A stretch of DNA of 64,000 bases, taken from the NCBI GenBank assembly GCA_963713045.1, contig CAVQKE010000003.1, positions 256,001-320,000 of the forward strand. Direction: 5' to 3'. Every line of letters starts with the position of its first letter. Position 1 is the first letter of the stretch. Under the pieces are notes generated by a model. It saw only the letters and a list, made by a program, of their open reading frames with translations, was not told where the DNA came from and made no database searches. Below are positions 18,296 to 29,595 of this stretch, one piece after another. Both the position numbers and the translations under genes were made by a program. Source of the stretch: an uncultured delta proteobacterium (lineage in GTDB: Bacteria; Myxococcota; Myxococcia; Myxococcales; Myxococcaceae).

Positions 18296-19041
18296 ATGAA
18301 TCGATTTGAAGGCAAGACCGCAATCATTACGGGCGGGACGACTGGAATTGGGTTCGCCACTGCCAAGCTTCTCATTTCCGAAGGCGGCAAGGTGGGCGTC
18401 ACGGGGCGCACCGAAGCTTCCATCAAGGCCGCACGGCAGGAATTGGGACTGGGTAACCACGTGTGGCATTCCGACTCCGGGAAGCTCTCGGACATCGAAG
18501 TCTTGGCTAAGAGCGTCAAGGCCGCGTTTGGAAACATCGATCTGCTCTTCGTGAATGCGGAGTCGGCAAATTTGTAGCACTCGAGCAAGTAACCGAGGCC
18601 AACTTCGACGAGACGCTTTCGATCAACCTGAAGGGGGCTTTCTTCGCCGTTCAGAAGCTGTCGGGGCTTATAAAACCGGGAGGCAGCGTGGTGTTGACGA
18701 CCACCATCGCGGACGAAAAGGGCATGCCTGGCGCCAGCTTCTACGCTGCTTCCAAGGCCGGGCTTCGGTCGCTCGCTCGCTCTTTTTCAGCCGAACTTTT
18801 GGCGAAGGGGATTCGTGTGAACGCGGTAAGCCCAGGGCCAATCGACACCCCGATTATAGACAAGCTGGGGATGTCCCCCGAACAGAAGGCTGGCTTCGTC
18901 ACCCACATGACCAACTCGAATCCGATGAAGCGGGTCGGGAAGAGCGAAGAAGTTGCCAAGGCAGTCCTGTTCTTGGCCGTGGATGCGACCTACTCCACCG
19001 GCCTCGAATTGAACGTCGACGGCGGCGCTGGTCAGCTGTAA
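18296..19041 (+). pseudogene. SDR oxidoreductase with a single frameshift near 18560
   Basis: TGGTTGIG...FVNA, then a shifted frame (G)VGKFVALEQVTE...YAASKA...VSPGPIDTP...VDGG. Confidence 0.85.
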
Positions 19042-19127
19042 ACCGCTATCTGCTTCCGGTGCAACGCGGGGAGTCCGACTGCGGTGGGTTAAGCCCGCAG
19101 CTATAGTGCGACCGAGGAGTGTGGCTA

Positions 19128-19703
19128 ATGCCGCGGCCGCGGGAATTCGACGAAGGTCAGGTGCTCGAAACGGTGCTGAAGACGTTTTGGGCACGTGGCT
19201 ACGAGGGGACCTCTATCGAGGATTTGACACAAGCCACGGGGCTCGCACGGGCGAGTCTCTATGGCGCCTTCGGCGACAAAGGTCGTTTGTTCGAACGGGC
19301 GATCACCCACTACATGGAGCGGCTTGCGGGCTTGACGGCGCTGGTCACTGAAACGGCCTCGGTGCGGGAAGGACTACGAAAGCTGCTCGATCGCTGGATC
19401 GAGATCGCTTGCCCCAAGTCGGGCCCCCGAGGTTGCTTCCTCCTCCTGTCCGCTGGACAAGGCTCAAATGAAAGCGATTTGGCAATCGAACTTGCTGCAA
19501 AATCGAACCATGAGCTTCGGAAGACGCTTGAGGCCGCGATGCGGCGCGGTCAGCAAGCGGGTGAGCTGTCCAGCACCAGCGAGCCGGGCATGCTGGCCGA
19601 ACTGTTTGGCGTGATTCTGCGAGGGTTGGCGACTTCGGCAAGGATCGGCGAGAGCCGTGCTGAGCTTCGGCGTGCTGCTGCGGCTGCGATGGAACTCCTC
19701 TGA
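19128..19703 (+). CDS. TetR/AcrR family regulator (NemR/ComR-like)
   Basis: MPRPREFD...FWARGYEGTSIEDL...SLYGAFGDK...RGC. Confidence 0.92.
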   Translation: MPRPREFDEGQVLETVLKTFWARGYEGTSIEDLTQATGLARASLYGAFGDKGRLFERAITHYMERLAGLTALVTETASVREGLRKLLDRWIEIACPKSGPRGCFLLLSAGQGSNESDLAIELAAKSNHELRKTLEAAMRRGQQAGELSSTSEPGMLAELFGVILRGLATSARIGESRAELRRAAAAAMELL

Positions 19704-19993
19704 ACGCCGAGATACCGCGCTCCTGCTGCAGGCGTGTTTTCGAAGCGTGGCATGGTCCCGAGGCTCCGCGCCATGCGCTCGCAGAGCTTTGGATTGTCCT
19801 GGGCGAGGATGTCCTTAGTGCGGGTGTTGTCCCACACCGCCTGCGCGAACTCCTTTGAGACGAGCTCGAGCTCGGACATGGACTGGTGAGAAAGCACACA
19901 CGGGCAGCGAGGCCGAGCGCGTCCCGTGGCCGCTGAGCGTCGCACTTACCAGGCTGAGCGAGATTGTGTGATGTAATGTGTAAGGAGTCACAC

Positions 19994-20194
19994 GTGGCCA
20001 CCAACCTATCCCTGGACCCGGACTTGCTCGAACGCGCGCTCAAAGTCAGCGGGGAGCGCACCGAGAAGGCAGCCGTGACGCGCGCGCTCGAGGAATTTAT
20101 CGCCAGGCGACGACAGAAACGCCTCGTTGACCTCATGGGCAATCTCGAATGGGACAACTCGTTTGACTTCAAGGCGGAACGGTCGCGGAAATGA
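19994..20194 (+). CDS. vapB: VapB-type antitoxin
   Basis: ATNLSLDPDLL...KAAVTRALEEFI; AAGGAG RBS; ATGA overlap with the toxin. Confidence 0.8.
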   Translation: MATNLSLDPDLLERALKVSGERTEKAAVTRALEEFIARRRQKRLVDLMGNLEWDNSFDFKAERSRK

Positions 20195-20592
20195 ACCTCA
20201 TGGTCGACACGAGCGTCTGGTCGTTGGCGCGGCGGCGTGACCCACCCCTTGTACTGCCGCAGGTCACCGTCCTACCGCAGGCGTTGGAGAGCCAAGCCAT
20301 TGTGGTCACGGCCGGCCTGGTACCTCAGGAGTTGCTACAGGGATTCACCGGTCCTCGCGCTCGAAAGGACATCATCGAGCATTTTGGCGCGCTGCCGATG
20401 ATTACCCCAAGCCGCAAAGACCATATCGTGGCCGCCGAATTGTGGAACACATGTCGCCGTGCGGGCGTCCAGATGGGAACCATCGACGCACTGTTGGCCC
20501 AACTTTGCATTCATCATGGACTGACGTTGCTGACCACCGACAGAGACTTGAGCCATGCTGCCCTGCACTGCCAGTTGAAGGTTTGGGCTTGA
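20191..20592 (+). CDS. vapC: VapC PIN-domain toxin
   Basis: VDTSVWS...QELLQG...TIDALLA...TTDRD. Confidence 0.85.
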   Translation: MNLMVDTSVWSLARRRDPPLVLPQVTVLPQALESQAIVVTAGLVPQELLQGFTGPRARKDIIEHFGALPMITPSRKDHIVAAELWNTCRRAGVQMGTIDALLAQLCIHHGLTLLTTDRDLSHAALHCQLKVWA

Positions 20593-20942
20593 CCGGCAGT
20601 GACCGGGCTGCGTTGCGAAGTCGATGACGACAAAGGCGGACACGAACTGAGCCAGCCCAGCCCGAACCCATGACCTACGCCGAGTCCTGGAGGGTGGACG
20701 CAAACGCGACGGAGAGGCCGTGCCCAAGAGCTGCTGAACCCGTGCGCCTACTACGGCACAACCATCAGTTCCTGGCACTTGCCGGCACCGTCACGGCAAA
20801 CACTTGGCTTTTGGCTCCCCTGCCCTCCCTTTATGGCTACCGCAGAGCCGGGCAGACGATGGAGCCCAGAGGTTGGTAGCTGATAGAACCAAAACGCACC
20901 CGAGCGTTAGGAATCGGCCATAACCTTGGAGGATGTGTTCGC

Positions 20943-21774
20943 ATGTCGCCCCCGCTGGATTCGACGAAATTCAAATTCGACAATCCCGCGGTGCCTTCAC
21001 GGTACGACGATCTCCTCGTGCCGAGGCTCTTTCGGCCGTGGGCAAAACTGTTGCTGGACGAGCTTCAACTGCTCCCGGGGGAGTGCGTGGTTGACGTCGC
21101 CGCTGGACCCGGGACCGTGGCAGGGCTGGCTGCAGAGCGCATCGGTCGCACCGGGCGGGTCATCGCCACCGACATATCGCCGCCCATGCTCGCCGTCGCC
21201 CGCTCGAAACCCCACCCAGCAGGCAGCGCTTCGATCGAGTACGTCGAGAGTGGTGCCGCGCCGTTGCTTGTCGCGGACAGCGTTGCCGATGTTGTTTGCT
21301 GTCAGCAGGGACTGCAATTTTTCCCCGACCGCCTCGGCGCTCTCCGGGAAATGCACCGAGTTCTGAAGCCAACAGGCCGCCTGGGGGTTGCTGTATGGGA
21401 TGAACTTCCGACCTGCACCATTTGGTTGGCGTATCATCGCGCCCTCGCGGCGGTGGGCCTCGACGACTTGGCCCAAATGCTCCGTGCCCCTTTTTCGTGG
21501 GGAAGCCTCGATACCTCTGCGAGAGGCCTTGACCTCGGCTACTTTCAAACACGTCGCTGCCGAAACACGCTCGTTGCCGATTGTGTTTGAGGGCGGAATC
21601 GACCAAGCCTTCGACGGTCTCTACGCCCAGCCGGTTGGGCCGGTCATCGCATCCCTCCCAGAAGCGTCTCGCGGCCGTCTCCGTGCAGCGCTCGCCAAAC
21701 AGCTGACGCCCTTACTGGAGGATGGAAGGATGCGGGGGGTAATGGCATCGCACCTAGCCATTGCTAAGGTGTAG
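20943..21774 (+). pseudogene. class I SAM methyltransferase, frameshift near 21515
   Basis: DVAAGPG, CQQGLQFFPD; C-terminus LREALTSA...GPVIA continues in another frame. Confidence 0.8.
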
Positions 21775-21994
21775 GCGTTGCCTCAAATCCAGGCAGCCCG
21801 CTGATACGCTCCTTGGGGGACGCGGTCATGTAGATTTCTTGCCATAGACGGGGATAGGCAATGCCGCGCTGCGGCGCACTTAGACACTCCGCGGGGCTGA
21901 GAGTGAGGTCGACGGATTTTCGTTCTCGGATCCGGGGCCCGCCGCTCGTTTCCCTATGGCCTACAAAGTTGGCTTGGCGCGGCCCGCCTCGACG

Positions 21995-23566
21995 CTACGC
22001 CGACGCCGGAGGAACGAAGGACATCGCCCGCTCCGCCAGCGCGGTGATGGTCAGCGCCGGGTTCACTCCCGGGTTGGCGGAAATGGCCGAACCGTCGATC
22101 ACGTAGAGTCCTTCGTAGCCAAAGACGCGGTGCTTGTCGTCGATGACGCCCTCGCCGGCGCTCGCGCCCATGCAGGCGCCGCCGAGAATGTGCGCGGTGG
22201 TCGGCGTGCCCAGGACCGTCTCGCTAATGAGGCTCTCCGCGAAGCCGTCGATCTTCTCCTCCACCCTGTGCGCCAGCGCGGTCGCCTCGGGGATGGCCGC
22301 GGTCGGCGCCGGGCCCTCGGCGAGCGCGGTGGTGAGGCCGAGCGCGCCCAGCCGCAAGCGTAAATGGCCTTCGAGCGTGCGCATGAAGAGGAGGATCATC
22401 GTCCGTTTAGCCCAGTCGTCGACGAAATAAGCGCGCAAGAAGCGGAGCGGATGGCGGAGCAACTTCATGAGCACGCGCAGGAGCCGCAAAGGCGCGCTCT
22501 CACCCGGCACGTGCGGTGACATCAGCAGACGGAAAAAGCCCGATCCTTTCGCGTAACGGACAGGCTCGACGTGCGAGTGCTCGTCGGTGTGGAGGATGCT
22601 GGTGATGGCGATCCCCTCGGACAGGTCACGATCGGCGCGGGTTGTCACGCCGATGAGCGACTCCGAGTTGGTGCGGACGAACGAACCCAGCCGTTCGGAC
22701 AGCCGCGGCAGCCCCCGCGGGCTCGCCTTGAGCTTGAGCAGGAGCGGCAGAGTGCCGAGCACACCTCCGGAGAAAATGACCTTGTGCGCAGTGAACGACC
22801 GTTTGCGCTTGCCAAACAAGCCGCTGCCTGTGACGGCGTCAACGCGATAGCCGCCGCCCTCGGGCACGCTCACCCAGGTAACTTCTGTGTCGGCCTCGAT
22901 CTTCAGGCCACGCTTCTCGGCGAGGTAGAGGTAGTTCTTGTCGAGCGTGTTCTTGGCATTGTGCCGGCAGCCGGTCATGCACGCGCCGCACTCGATGCAT
23001 CCGGAGCGCTCCGGCCCCTCGCCGCCGAAATACGGGTCGGGCACCGTCTTGCCTGGCTCGCCGAAGTAGACTGCCACGCGCGTCGACCGGAACTGATCGG
23101 CCCGGCCGATATCCCTGGCGACATCGCGCAACACCTTGTCTGAATAGGTCTCGTGCGGGTACTGCGTCACGCCCAGCATGCGAAGCGCCGTCGCGTAGTG
23201 CGGCTCGAGCTCCCTCTTCCAGTCGGCCAGGTGTCCCCAGGACGGGGCGGCGAAGAAATCGTCCTCCGGCGTAGGCAGCGTGTTGGCGTAGACGAGAGAG
23301 CCCCCGCCCACCCCCACGCCCGAGAGGACCGTCACGTGGCGCAGGAAGGTCATCTTGAAGATTCCGCGGCAGCCGAGCGCTGGCAGCCAGAGCCAACGGA
23401 GGAGGTTCCAGTTGGAGCGGGGGAAATCCTCGGCGCGGAAGCGGCGGCCCTTCTCCACTACGAGGACCCGGTAGCCCTTCTCCGTGAGGCGAAGCCCGCA
23501 GACGCTGCCGCCGAAGCCGGAGCCGATAATGACGTAATCCCAGTCCACGAGGTGCGCTCTTATCAA
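21995..23566 (-). CDS. GMC oxidoreductase, cholesterol oxidase (ChoD)-like
   Basis: GSGFGG, GVGGGSLVYAN, CIECGACMTGC, TAHILGG, NPGVNPALTI. Confidence 0.9.
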   Translation of the reverse strand: MIRAHLVDWDYVIIGSGFGGSVCGLRLTEKGYRVLVVEKGRRFRAEDFPRSNWNLLRWLWLPALGCRGIFKMTFLRHVTVLSGVGVGGGSLVYANTLPTPEDDFFAAPSWGHLADWKRELEPHYATALRMLGVTQYPHETYSDKVLRDVARDIGRADQFRSTRVAVYFGEPGKTVPDPYFGGEGPERSGCIECGACMTGCRHNAKNTLDKNYLYLAEKRGLKIEADTEVTWVSVPEGGGYRVDAVTGSGLFGKRKRSFTAHKVIFSGGVLGTLPLLLKLKASPRGLPRLSERLGSFVRTNSESLIGVTTRADRDLSEGIAITSILHTDEHSHVEPVRYAKGSGFFRLLMSPHVPGESAPLRLLRVLMKLLRHPLRFLRAYFVDDWAKRTMILLFMRTLEGHLRLRLGALGLTTALAEGPAPTAAIPEATALAHRVEEKIDGFAESLISETVLGTPTTAHILGGACMGASAGEGVIDDKHRVFGYEGLYVIDGSAISANPGVNPALTITALAERAMSFVPPASA

Positions 23567-23930
23567 AGAGGGGAGCCCCGGGGGGCTTCGCGAGCGCGTT
23601 CTCGGGCGTCGGCAAGCGGGCCACGGGCAGGCCTCAGGAGAGAGTCACGGCAGAACGCCGGAAACGAGGACGCACCCGCAGCCCGGGTCCACGCCAGGAC
23701 TCGGAAGCTCATTGCATCACGAGAAGGGGAGCCAAGCGTCGTAGCCCTAGGCGCCATTCCGATGCGGAAGCTTGAAACGATCGGGCGTCAGGTTCAGCGC
23801 CAAGCGTGCGCCCATCTACCGATTTTCCCGCAAAGCGTGCGCGAGAACCCAGTGGACTGCATAACGCTCCTCTGAGCCTCCGGGAGCAAAAATTGCAGCA
23901 CTTTCATAGGCCCACGTCGGGAGGCTCTCT

Positions 23931-24716
23931 ATGCGAGCGCTGAGAGAAACCCTTTTTTTCAGCCTGTTCACTCTGTCGATCGTGCTGACGGGTTGTTCAA
24001 AGCCCGAAGATCCGGCGGTGCTTCACCGAGCTCTAGGCAACGACTATGCAGGGAAGGCCGACTGGGCAGCGGCCGCAAAAGAGTATGGGCTTTCGCTGCA
24101 AGCGAATCCACACGACCGCAAGGTGTGGGAACTGAAAGCCTACGCGCACCTCACGCTTGGCCAACTGCGCCAAGCCGCGGAGAGCCTGGCGAAGTCGGCG
24201 GAGTACACGTCGGATCCAATCGCCAAGGCCGAGGCGTATCGACTTGTTGCAAGCATGTACATCGAACATAGAGAATTCGATGAAGCAGAGAAGGCCTTCG
24301 CTGACGCATTAAAATTCGACCCGCGCGATGAGCTTACCTTGTCATGGCTGGGGGAAATTGCGTCCGCCCGCGGCGGCGCCCGATCGATGACAGATCCACC
24401 GAATCGGGTTTGGTTGACGAAGGCGATCGCATATTACGATCAAGCAATCTCAGTGAATCCAAACAACCTCTTCTCGTACGTCAACAAACGTATCGCACTT
24501 CTCAAGTACATTGTGTTTGAACAACAAGAGAAAGTTCTGGCGGATCGGCTCATTCAGCTCGAGCGTAGGGATGCCCCCAAAGTGGCCGCGGCGCGGATAC
24601 GCCTGACTGAATCCGCGGCGCGAATTGAAGATTTCGAAAAAGAGATTGAAGGACTGAGCAAGAAGATCACCGAGCTGCAGGCAGCGCAGAAGGCTAACAA
24701 GCACAGCACGAGCTAA
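23931..24716 (+). CDS. TPR-repeat lipoprotein
   Basis: LTGC lipobox, TPR-like helices, coiled-coil C-terminus. Confidence 0.75.
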   Translation: MRALRETLFFSLFTLSIVLTGCSKPEDPAVLHRALGNDYAGKADWAAAAKEYGLSLQANPHDRKVWELKAYAHLTLGQLRQAAESLAKSAEYTSDPIAKAEAYRLVASMYIEHREFDEAEKAFADALKFDPRDELTLSWLGEIASARGGARSMTDPPNRVWLTKAIAYYDQAISVNPNNLFSYVNKRIALLKYIVFEQQEKVLADRLIQLERRDAPKVAAARIRLTESAARIEDFEKEIEGLSKKITELQAAQKANKHSTS

Positions 24717-24976
24717 CCCCGTCGGCCTGTGGATGGCTTCTCGTGCCGCGCCAGCGAAACCCGGGCGCGCCAGCTCAACTGCGCTGGCACGCGGCTTTCG
24801 CTTCGTCGCATCGATCCCTACCAACTGGGGGATGGAACGACCACCGGGCATTCGCCCGAGAATACTTCCTTCAGGGCTGTTTGCCTCACGAATCTAGAGT
24901 GCGAGATCAGCATCTGCACCCAAGGACGGTTTTCGTCGTTCGGAGCTTCGATGCCTTCGATGGTTCTCGTGGAGAT

Positions 24977-26581
24977 TCAGCGCGAGGGCTGAGAAAGGTG
25001 CCCGCGCTTGGCTTCGGCGTCGAGCACCGTCAGGGTGTGGCCGTAGAGAGCCTCGGCCTCGTCTCGGCTACTGCCGATGGCAGTCAGCCCCACCTTGCCG
25101 TATTGCGAAAGCGCTCCCACCATGTGGAAGAGGACGCCTTGGCCTCGAGCTGAGTCGTAGTGGAGGCGGTTGTACGTCATGATGTCGAACAGGTCCTCGG
25201 GTAGTAGCCCTTTGTAAGCATCCGACTTGAGATTGTCCGTCGAGCGGTAGAACCTGGCTCCGCTCTTCGGAGTCTGAAACAGGCCTGTCGTCGGGTCCAA
25301 CTTCCCCTCCACGAGGAAGCGCAACGCGAGAAACGGGTGAGTGGTTCCCCCCATGCGCAGATTGACTTCGACCGCGCGCACATTCCAGGGCCGGTTGTGG
25401 CTGGCCCGGGTGACAACGAAATCCACCGAGAAGCGGCTGATGACGTTGGAGGCCGCGAGCACCTCTCCAATGCGCAGGCCGGCTTCCTGAATGACTCGCC
25501 GGTAACTGTCGTTCGCCGGAAATCGACAGCCTAGGTAAACCTGGCTGAACGGGCCGCCCAATATCTGGTCATGGGTGGAGATGAGAATGACTTGGCGACG
25601 CGGGTTGATGCGCAGCTGCACGCTGGGTGAGGCGCACTCGGCCCCCTCGCAGAACTCTTCGACGATGCCGCCCGTCTTCGCGTAGGCGTCCCAATAGCCC
25701 TCGATCGTCTGGCCGGGGGCAGAAAAACTCACGCGCTCGAGCGCGTCACGGACTGCCTGTCGTCCAGGTTGCTCGGGGTAGTGGAAGATGGCGTTTCCCT
25801 CCCCGGAGAAGCCCTCGTCCAGCTTCACGACCGCCTTCTTCAGTCCTGGCCGCCGCTCTTGCAGCTCAACCAACGCTTTCTGCACATCGTCCAAGCTGTG
25901 CAAGTCCTCGAAGCCGGCCGGAACATCCACTCCGGCGGCCCGAAAAATCTTTCGGCCGCCCGACTTCGAGCCGAGGTGGCGCAGGTTCGGGTCCAAGCCA
26001 TTCATCGGAAGGTCGAGCAGCACGGCGAGCCGACGCTCCAGCGGAGTGGAGTTGAAGACACTGAGGTAAGCCCGCGACTGGTCGGGGATGCCCGCACGGA
26101 TGCGCTCGATGAGCCGTGGCCGCTCAAGAATCTTCTCGGTGAGGGGGCGCGGCGAGCCATCATTGGCCGACAGCATCGTCAGCCGGCTCCGGGCATGGCT
26201 CGCGGGCACGCCGGCCAGGAACTGGAGGTAGTACTCGAGCACCAACGGGTGGAGCGGCTGGGAGGTGACATACACGAGGTGGGCTTTGGGGTTGCGCAGC
26301 CGGATGAGGAGAAACAGCAGCCGCTCTTCGTAAAACGAGACGCCCTCGACCTTCTTAAGGCCAGCCGAGTCGAGTGTCAGCGAGGGGACGACGACCGACG
26401 TGTAGTGGTCCTCGTCGCCAGGGAAGATGGTTTCCCAAAGGATGCCAAGTCTGGGCTTGAGCGCCTCGAACGCTGCGGCTTCCGCCTTCGGACTCAGTTC
26501 CCAGGCGAAGGGGGGCTTGGGAATCACGGCGGCCAGCTTGGCCGGGACTGGCCTCGAACTCAAACGCCCCATCCGGCGCAT
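24977..26581 (-). CDS. PGM1-related ATP-grasp peptide ligase
   Basis: VVPSLTLD, YEERLL, VVKLDEGFSGEGN, SPSVQ, EVNLRMGGTTHP; start uncertain. Confidence 0.8.
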   Translation of the reverse strand: MRRMGRLSSRPVPAKLAAVIPKPPFAWELSPKAEAAAFEALKPRLGILWETIFPGDEDHYTSVVVPSLTLDSAGLKKVEGVSFYEERLLFLLIRLRNPKAHLVYVTSQPLHPLVLEYYLQFLAGVPASHARSRLTMLSANDGSPRPLTEKILERPRLIERIRAGIPDQSRAYLSVFNSTPLERRLAVLLDLPMNGLDPNLRHLGSKSGGRKIFRAAGVDVPAGFEDLHSLDDVQKALVELQERRPGLKKAVVKLDEGFSGEGNAIFHYPEQPGRQAVRDALERVSFSAPGQTIEGYWDAYAKTGGIVEEFCEGAECASPSVQLRINPRRQVILISTHDQILGGPFSQVYLGCRFPANDSYRRVIQEAGLRIGEVLAASNVISRFSVDFVVTRASHNRPWNVRAVEVNLRMGGTTHPFLALRFLVEGKLDPTTGLFQTPKSGARFYRSTDNLKSDAYKGLLPEDLFDIMTYNRLHYDSARGQGVLFHMVGALSQYGKVGLTAIGSSRDEAEALYGHTLTVLDAEAKRGHLSQPSR

Positions 26582-26787
26582 CCTTCAAGCTGCCGTGGCT
26601 CCGTCGCTTATTTGCGCCTCTTGCAGCGCCTAGCTGTGCGCCTCGCCAAAGCTCGCCCGGATGTCGAGAGAGGGAGCTCCAGGCGGTGTCGGCTAGAAAC
26701 CCCTGCCGACCTCCTCGCCTGGACTCCAAAGTGCGGTGAGTAGCCGCGGTCGTTCGACGAACCCACAGCATGGCGCCGACTGTTCCA

Positions 26788-29595
26788 TCAGTGTCTGCGC
26801 AGATGGCGCCGAGAAGGGGTGCCAATCCGCCCAGCGTCGCCCTTCCTGAATGCGAGGGCGGCGTGCGCCGCGGCGAGCCGCGCCGCAGGCACTCGGAAAG
26901 GTGAGCAAGAGACGTAGCTCAACCCGAGTCGGTGGCAAAGGGCGATGCTTTTCGGGTCTCCTCCGTGCTCGCCGCAGATGCCAATCTCCATGTTTGGGCG
27001 AGTGGTGCGCCCGCGGTTCACCGCGGTCGCCATGAGCTGCCCCACCCCGCGCTCGTCGAGAGTGACGAACGGGTTCTCGGCGAAGACACCTTTCTGCAGG
27101 TACTCGAGCAGGAAGCCGGTCTCGGCGTCGTCGCGCGAGATGCCGAAGGTGGTTTGGGTGAGGTCGTTCGTCCCGAAGGAAAAGAACTGTGCATAGACGG
27201 CGACTTGGTCCGCGGTGAGTGCCGCCCGCGGGACCTCAACCATCGTCCCGAACTGATAGCTCACCTCCTGCCCGCGTTCAGCCATCACCTGGCGTGCAGC
27301 AGTCTCGAGCATTCCCTGCTCAATCTTCAGCTCGCTGCTGTGGGCAACGAGGGGAATCATAATTTTCGGGCGGACCTTGACGCCGTCCTGCTGGCAGTTG
27401 CACGCCGCTTCGAAAATGGCCCGCACTTGCATGGTCACGAGCTCTGGCATGTGAATGCCTAGTCGGACGCCGCGCAGCCCGAGCATCGGGTTCTGTTCGC
27501 GCAACGCGCCCACCGCAGTGAGCAGGGTGCGCTTGGAGCGGAGCTCCTTCTCCAATTCCGCCGCCTCTCCGTCTTTGAGACGGACCCGCGTCTCCAGCTC
27601 GGCGACGGCGCGCACTAGCTCGTCATGCGCTGGCAGGAATTCGTGGAGCGGCGGATCGATGAGCCGGATGACCACCGGTTTCCCACCCATCGCCCGGAAG
27701 AGCCCCTCGAAGTCGCTCCGCTGCATGGGAAGGAGCTGGGCGAGAAGGGGCGAGCGCTGCTCCGCGCTCCGGGACAGAATGAGCTTCTGAACAAGCGGCA
27801 GCCGGTCCGTCTCGAAGAACATATGCTCGGTGCGGCACAGGCCAATCCCCTCTGCACCCAGAGCGCGGGCGCGCTCGGCGTCGCGTGGGTAATCGGCGTT
27901 GGCCCACACCTCCAGGGTGCGAACGCGGTCCGCCCAGCCGAGAAGCTCGAGCAGGAAGGGGTCGTCGAGGGACGCGACGAGTGTCGGCAGGCGGCCGAGG
28001 AAGACTTCACCGGTCGTCCCGTCGATGGACACCCAGTCGCCTTCCTGGAGCTTCACCGGCGACCGCTTGACCTCCGCGACGCGACGCTCAGCGTCAATCT
28101 CTAGGGCCAGCGCGCCCACCACAGCGGGCTTTCCGAATTGTCGCGCCACCAGCGCGGCGTGGCTCGTTCGACCGCCACGGCTGGTGAGAACTCCCCGGGC
28201 GGCGAGGAGTCCGTGGACGTCATCCGGCTTGGTTTCGGCGCGGATGAGAATGACCTCGCGCTTCTCCTTCGCCCAGCGCTCGGCCGTGTCAGCGTCGAAG
28301 GCGAGCTGTCCGGTGGCCGCTCCGGGAGAGACGTTGAGCCCAGAGGCGACCAGCCGCCCGTCGGCGCGGGCGGCGCGCATCGCGTCGGGGTCGAACTGTG
28401 GATGGAGAAAGATGTCGACCTGGCCGGGCGCCACCCGCTGCAACGCCTCCGCGCGGGTCACGAGCCGCGCGCGAGCGAGCTCGACGGCGATACGGACGGC
28501 CGCCCGTGCGGTGCGCTTGGCGTCCCGCGTCTGCAGCATCCACAGCTTCCCGTGCTCGATGGTGAATTCGATGTCCTGGACTTCGCGGTAGTGACGTTCG
28601 AGGAGCCGGGAAATCCGTACGAGCTCGCGGAAGGCCGATGGCATCTCCGCACGCAGCCCTGCAATGCGCTTGGTGGTCCGGGTTCCCGCGACGACGTCCT
28701 CGCCCTGAGCGTTGGTGAGGTAATCCCCTTCGAGCTCGTTCTCCCCAGTGGAGACGTTCCGGGTAGTGGCCACCCCCGTCCCTGAGTCCCGTCCCATGTT
28801 TCCGAAGACCATCACGACGATGTTCACCGCAGTTCCGAGGTCATCGGGGATGCCCGCTGCCCTGCGGTAGTCCTGAGCGCGCTTGCCCTTCCAGGAGCGG
28901 AAGACGGCTTCGGTGGCAAGCCGGAGCTGCTCGAAGGGGTCGGAGGGAAACTCCCGGCCCGTCTCGGTACGGACGATGGTGCGAAAGCGAGTCGTGATGT
29001 CCTGGAGGTCCTGTGCCGAAAGTTCGGAGTCATTCTGCACACGGCGCCTCTGTCGAAAGTCACCGAGAAGCTCCTCGAAGTGCTTGTCCTGGACGCCGAG
29101 CACGACTGACCCGTACATCTGTATCAAGCGGCGATAGGCGTCCCAGGCGAAGCGCGCGTCACGGGTCAGGCTCGCCAGACCAACCACTGTCTCGTCGTTG
29201 AGGCCGATGTTGAGCACCGTGTCCATCATTCCCGGCATGGAGACCTTTGCACCGGAGCGGCAAGAGACGAGCAACGGGTTGGCCGTGTCGCCGAAGCGTT
29301 TCCCGGTGCGACGCTCCAGCTCGTGCAGCGCCGAGACCTCCTCATCCCAAAGTCTCGGCGGCCACTCGCCAGCGGTCAGAAAAGCACGACACGCGTCCGT
29401 GGTGAGGGTGAATCCTGGAGGGACGGGCAACCCCAGTCCGGTCATCTCGGCCAAGTTCGCGCCCTTGCCGCCGAGCAACGCCCGGACAGCATCCCTCGTT
29501 CTCTCGTGTCGCCTCACCCGGTCGAACTCGTCGAAGCGGTACACCCAGCGGGTACTCTGTCTGCGGGGCCGTTTCCTTGATGTTGTTCTCGCCAT
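26788..29595 (-). CDS. ppdK: pyruvate, phosphate dikinase
   Basis: LGGKGANLAEM, SMPGMMDT, GGRTSHAA (catalytic His), GLCRTEHMF, SFGTNDL, GICGEHGG. Confidence 0.97.
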   Translation of the reverse strand: MARTTSRKRPRRQSTRWVYRFDEFDRVRRHERTRDAVRALLGGKGANLAEMTGLGLPVPPGFTLTTDACRAFLTAGEWPPRLWDEEVSALHELERRTGKRFGDTANPLLVSCRSGAKVSMPGMMDTVLNIGLNDETVVGLASLTRDARFAWDAYRRLIQMYGSVVLGVQDKHFEELLGDFRQRRRVQNDSELSAQDLQDITTRFRTIVRTETGREFPSDPFEQLRLATEAVFRSWKGKRAQDYRRAAGIPDDLGTAVNIVVMVFGNMGRDSGTGVATTRNVSTGENELEGDYLTNAQGEDVVAGTRTTKRIAGLRAEMPSAFRELVRISRLLERHYREVQDIEFTIEHGKLWMLQTRDAKRTARAAVRIAVELARARLVTRAEALQRVAPGQVDIFLHPQFDPDAMRAARADGRLVASGLNVSPGAATGQLAFDADTAERWAKEKREVILIRAETKPDDVHGLLAARGVLTSRGGRTSHAALVARQFGKPAVVGALALEIDAERRVAEVKRSPVKLQEGDWVSIDGTTGEVFLGRLPTLVASLDDPFLLELLGWADRVRTLEVWANADYPRDAERARALGAEGIGLCRTEHMFFETDRLPLVQKLILSRSAEQRSPLLAQLLPMQRSDFEGLFRAMGGKPVVIRLIDPPLHEFLPAHDELVRAVAELETRVRLKDGEAAELEKELRSKRTLLTAVGALREQNPMLGLRGVRLGIHMPELVTMQVRAIFEAACNCQQDGVKVRPKIMIPLVAHSSELKIEQGMLETAARQVMAERGQEVSYQFGTMVEVPRAALTADQVAVYAQFFSFGTNDLTQTTFGISRDDAETGFLLEYLQKGVFAENPFVTLDERGVGQLMATAVNRGRTTRPNMEIGICGEHGGDPKSIALCHRLGLSYVSCSPFRVPAARLAAAHAALAFRKGDAGRIGTPSRRHLRRH

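Noticed and set aside
21859..21883. CAATGCCG...CACTTAG resembling the IS4 terminal repeat
   Set aside because: Needs a large internal insertion to align; no partner end or TSD.
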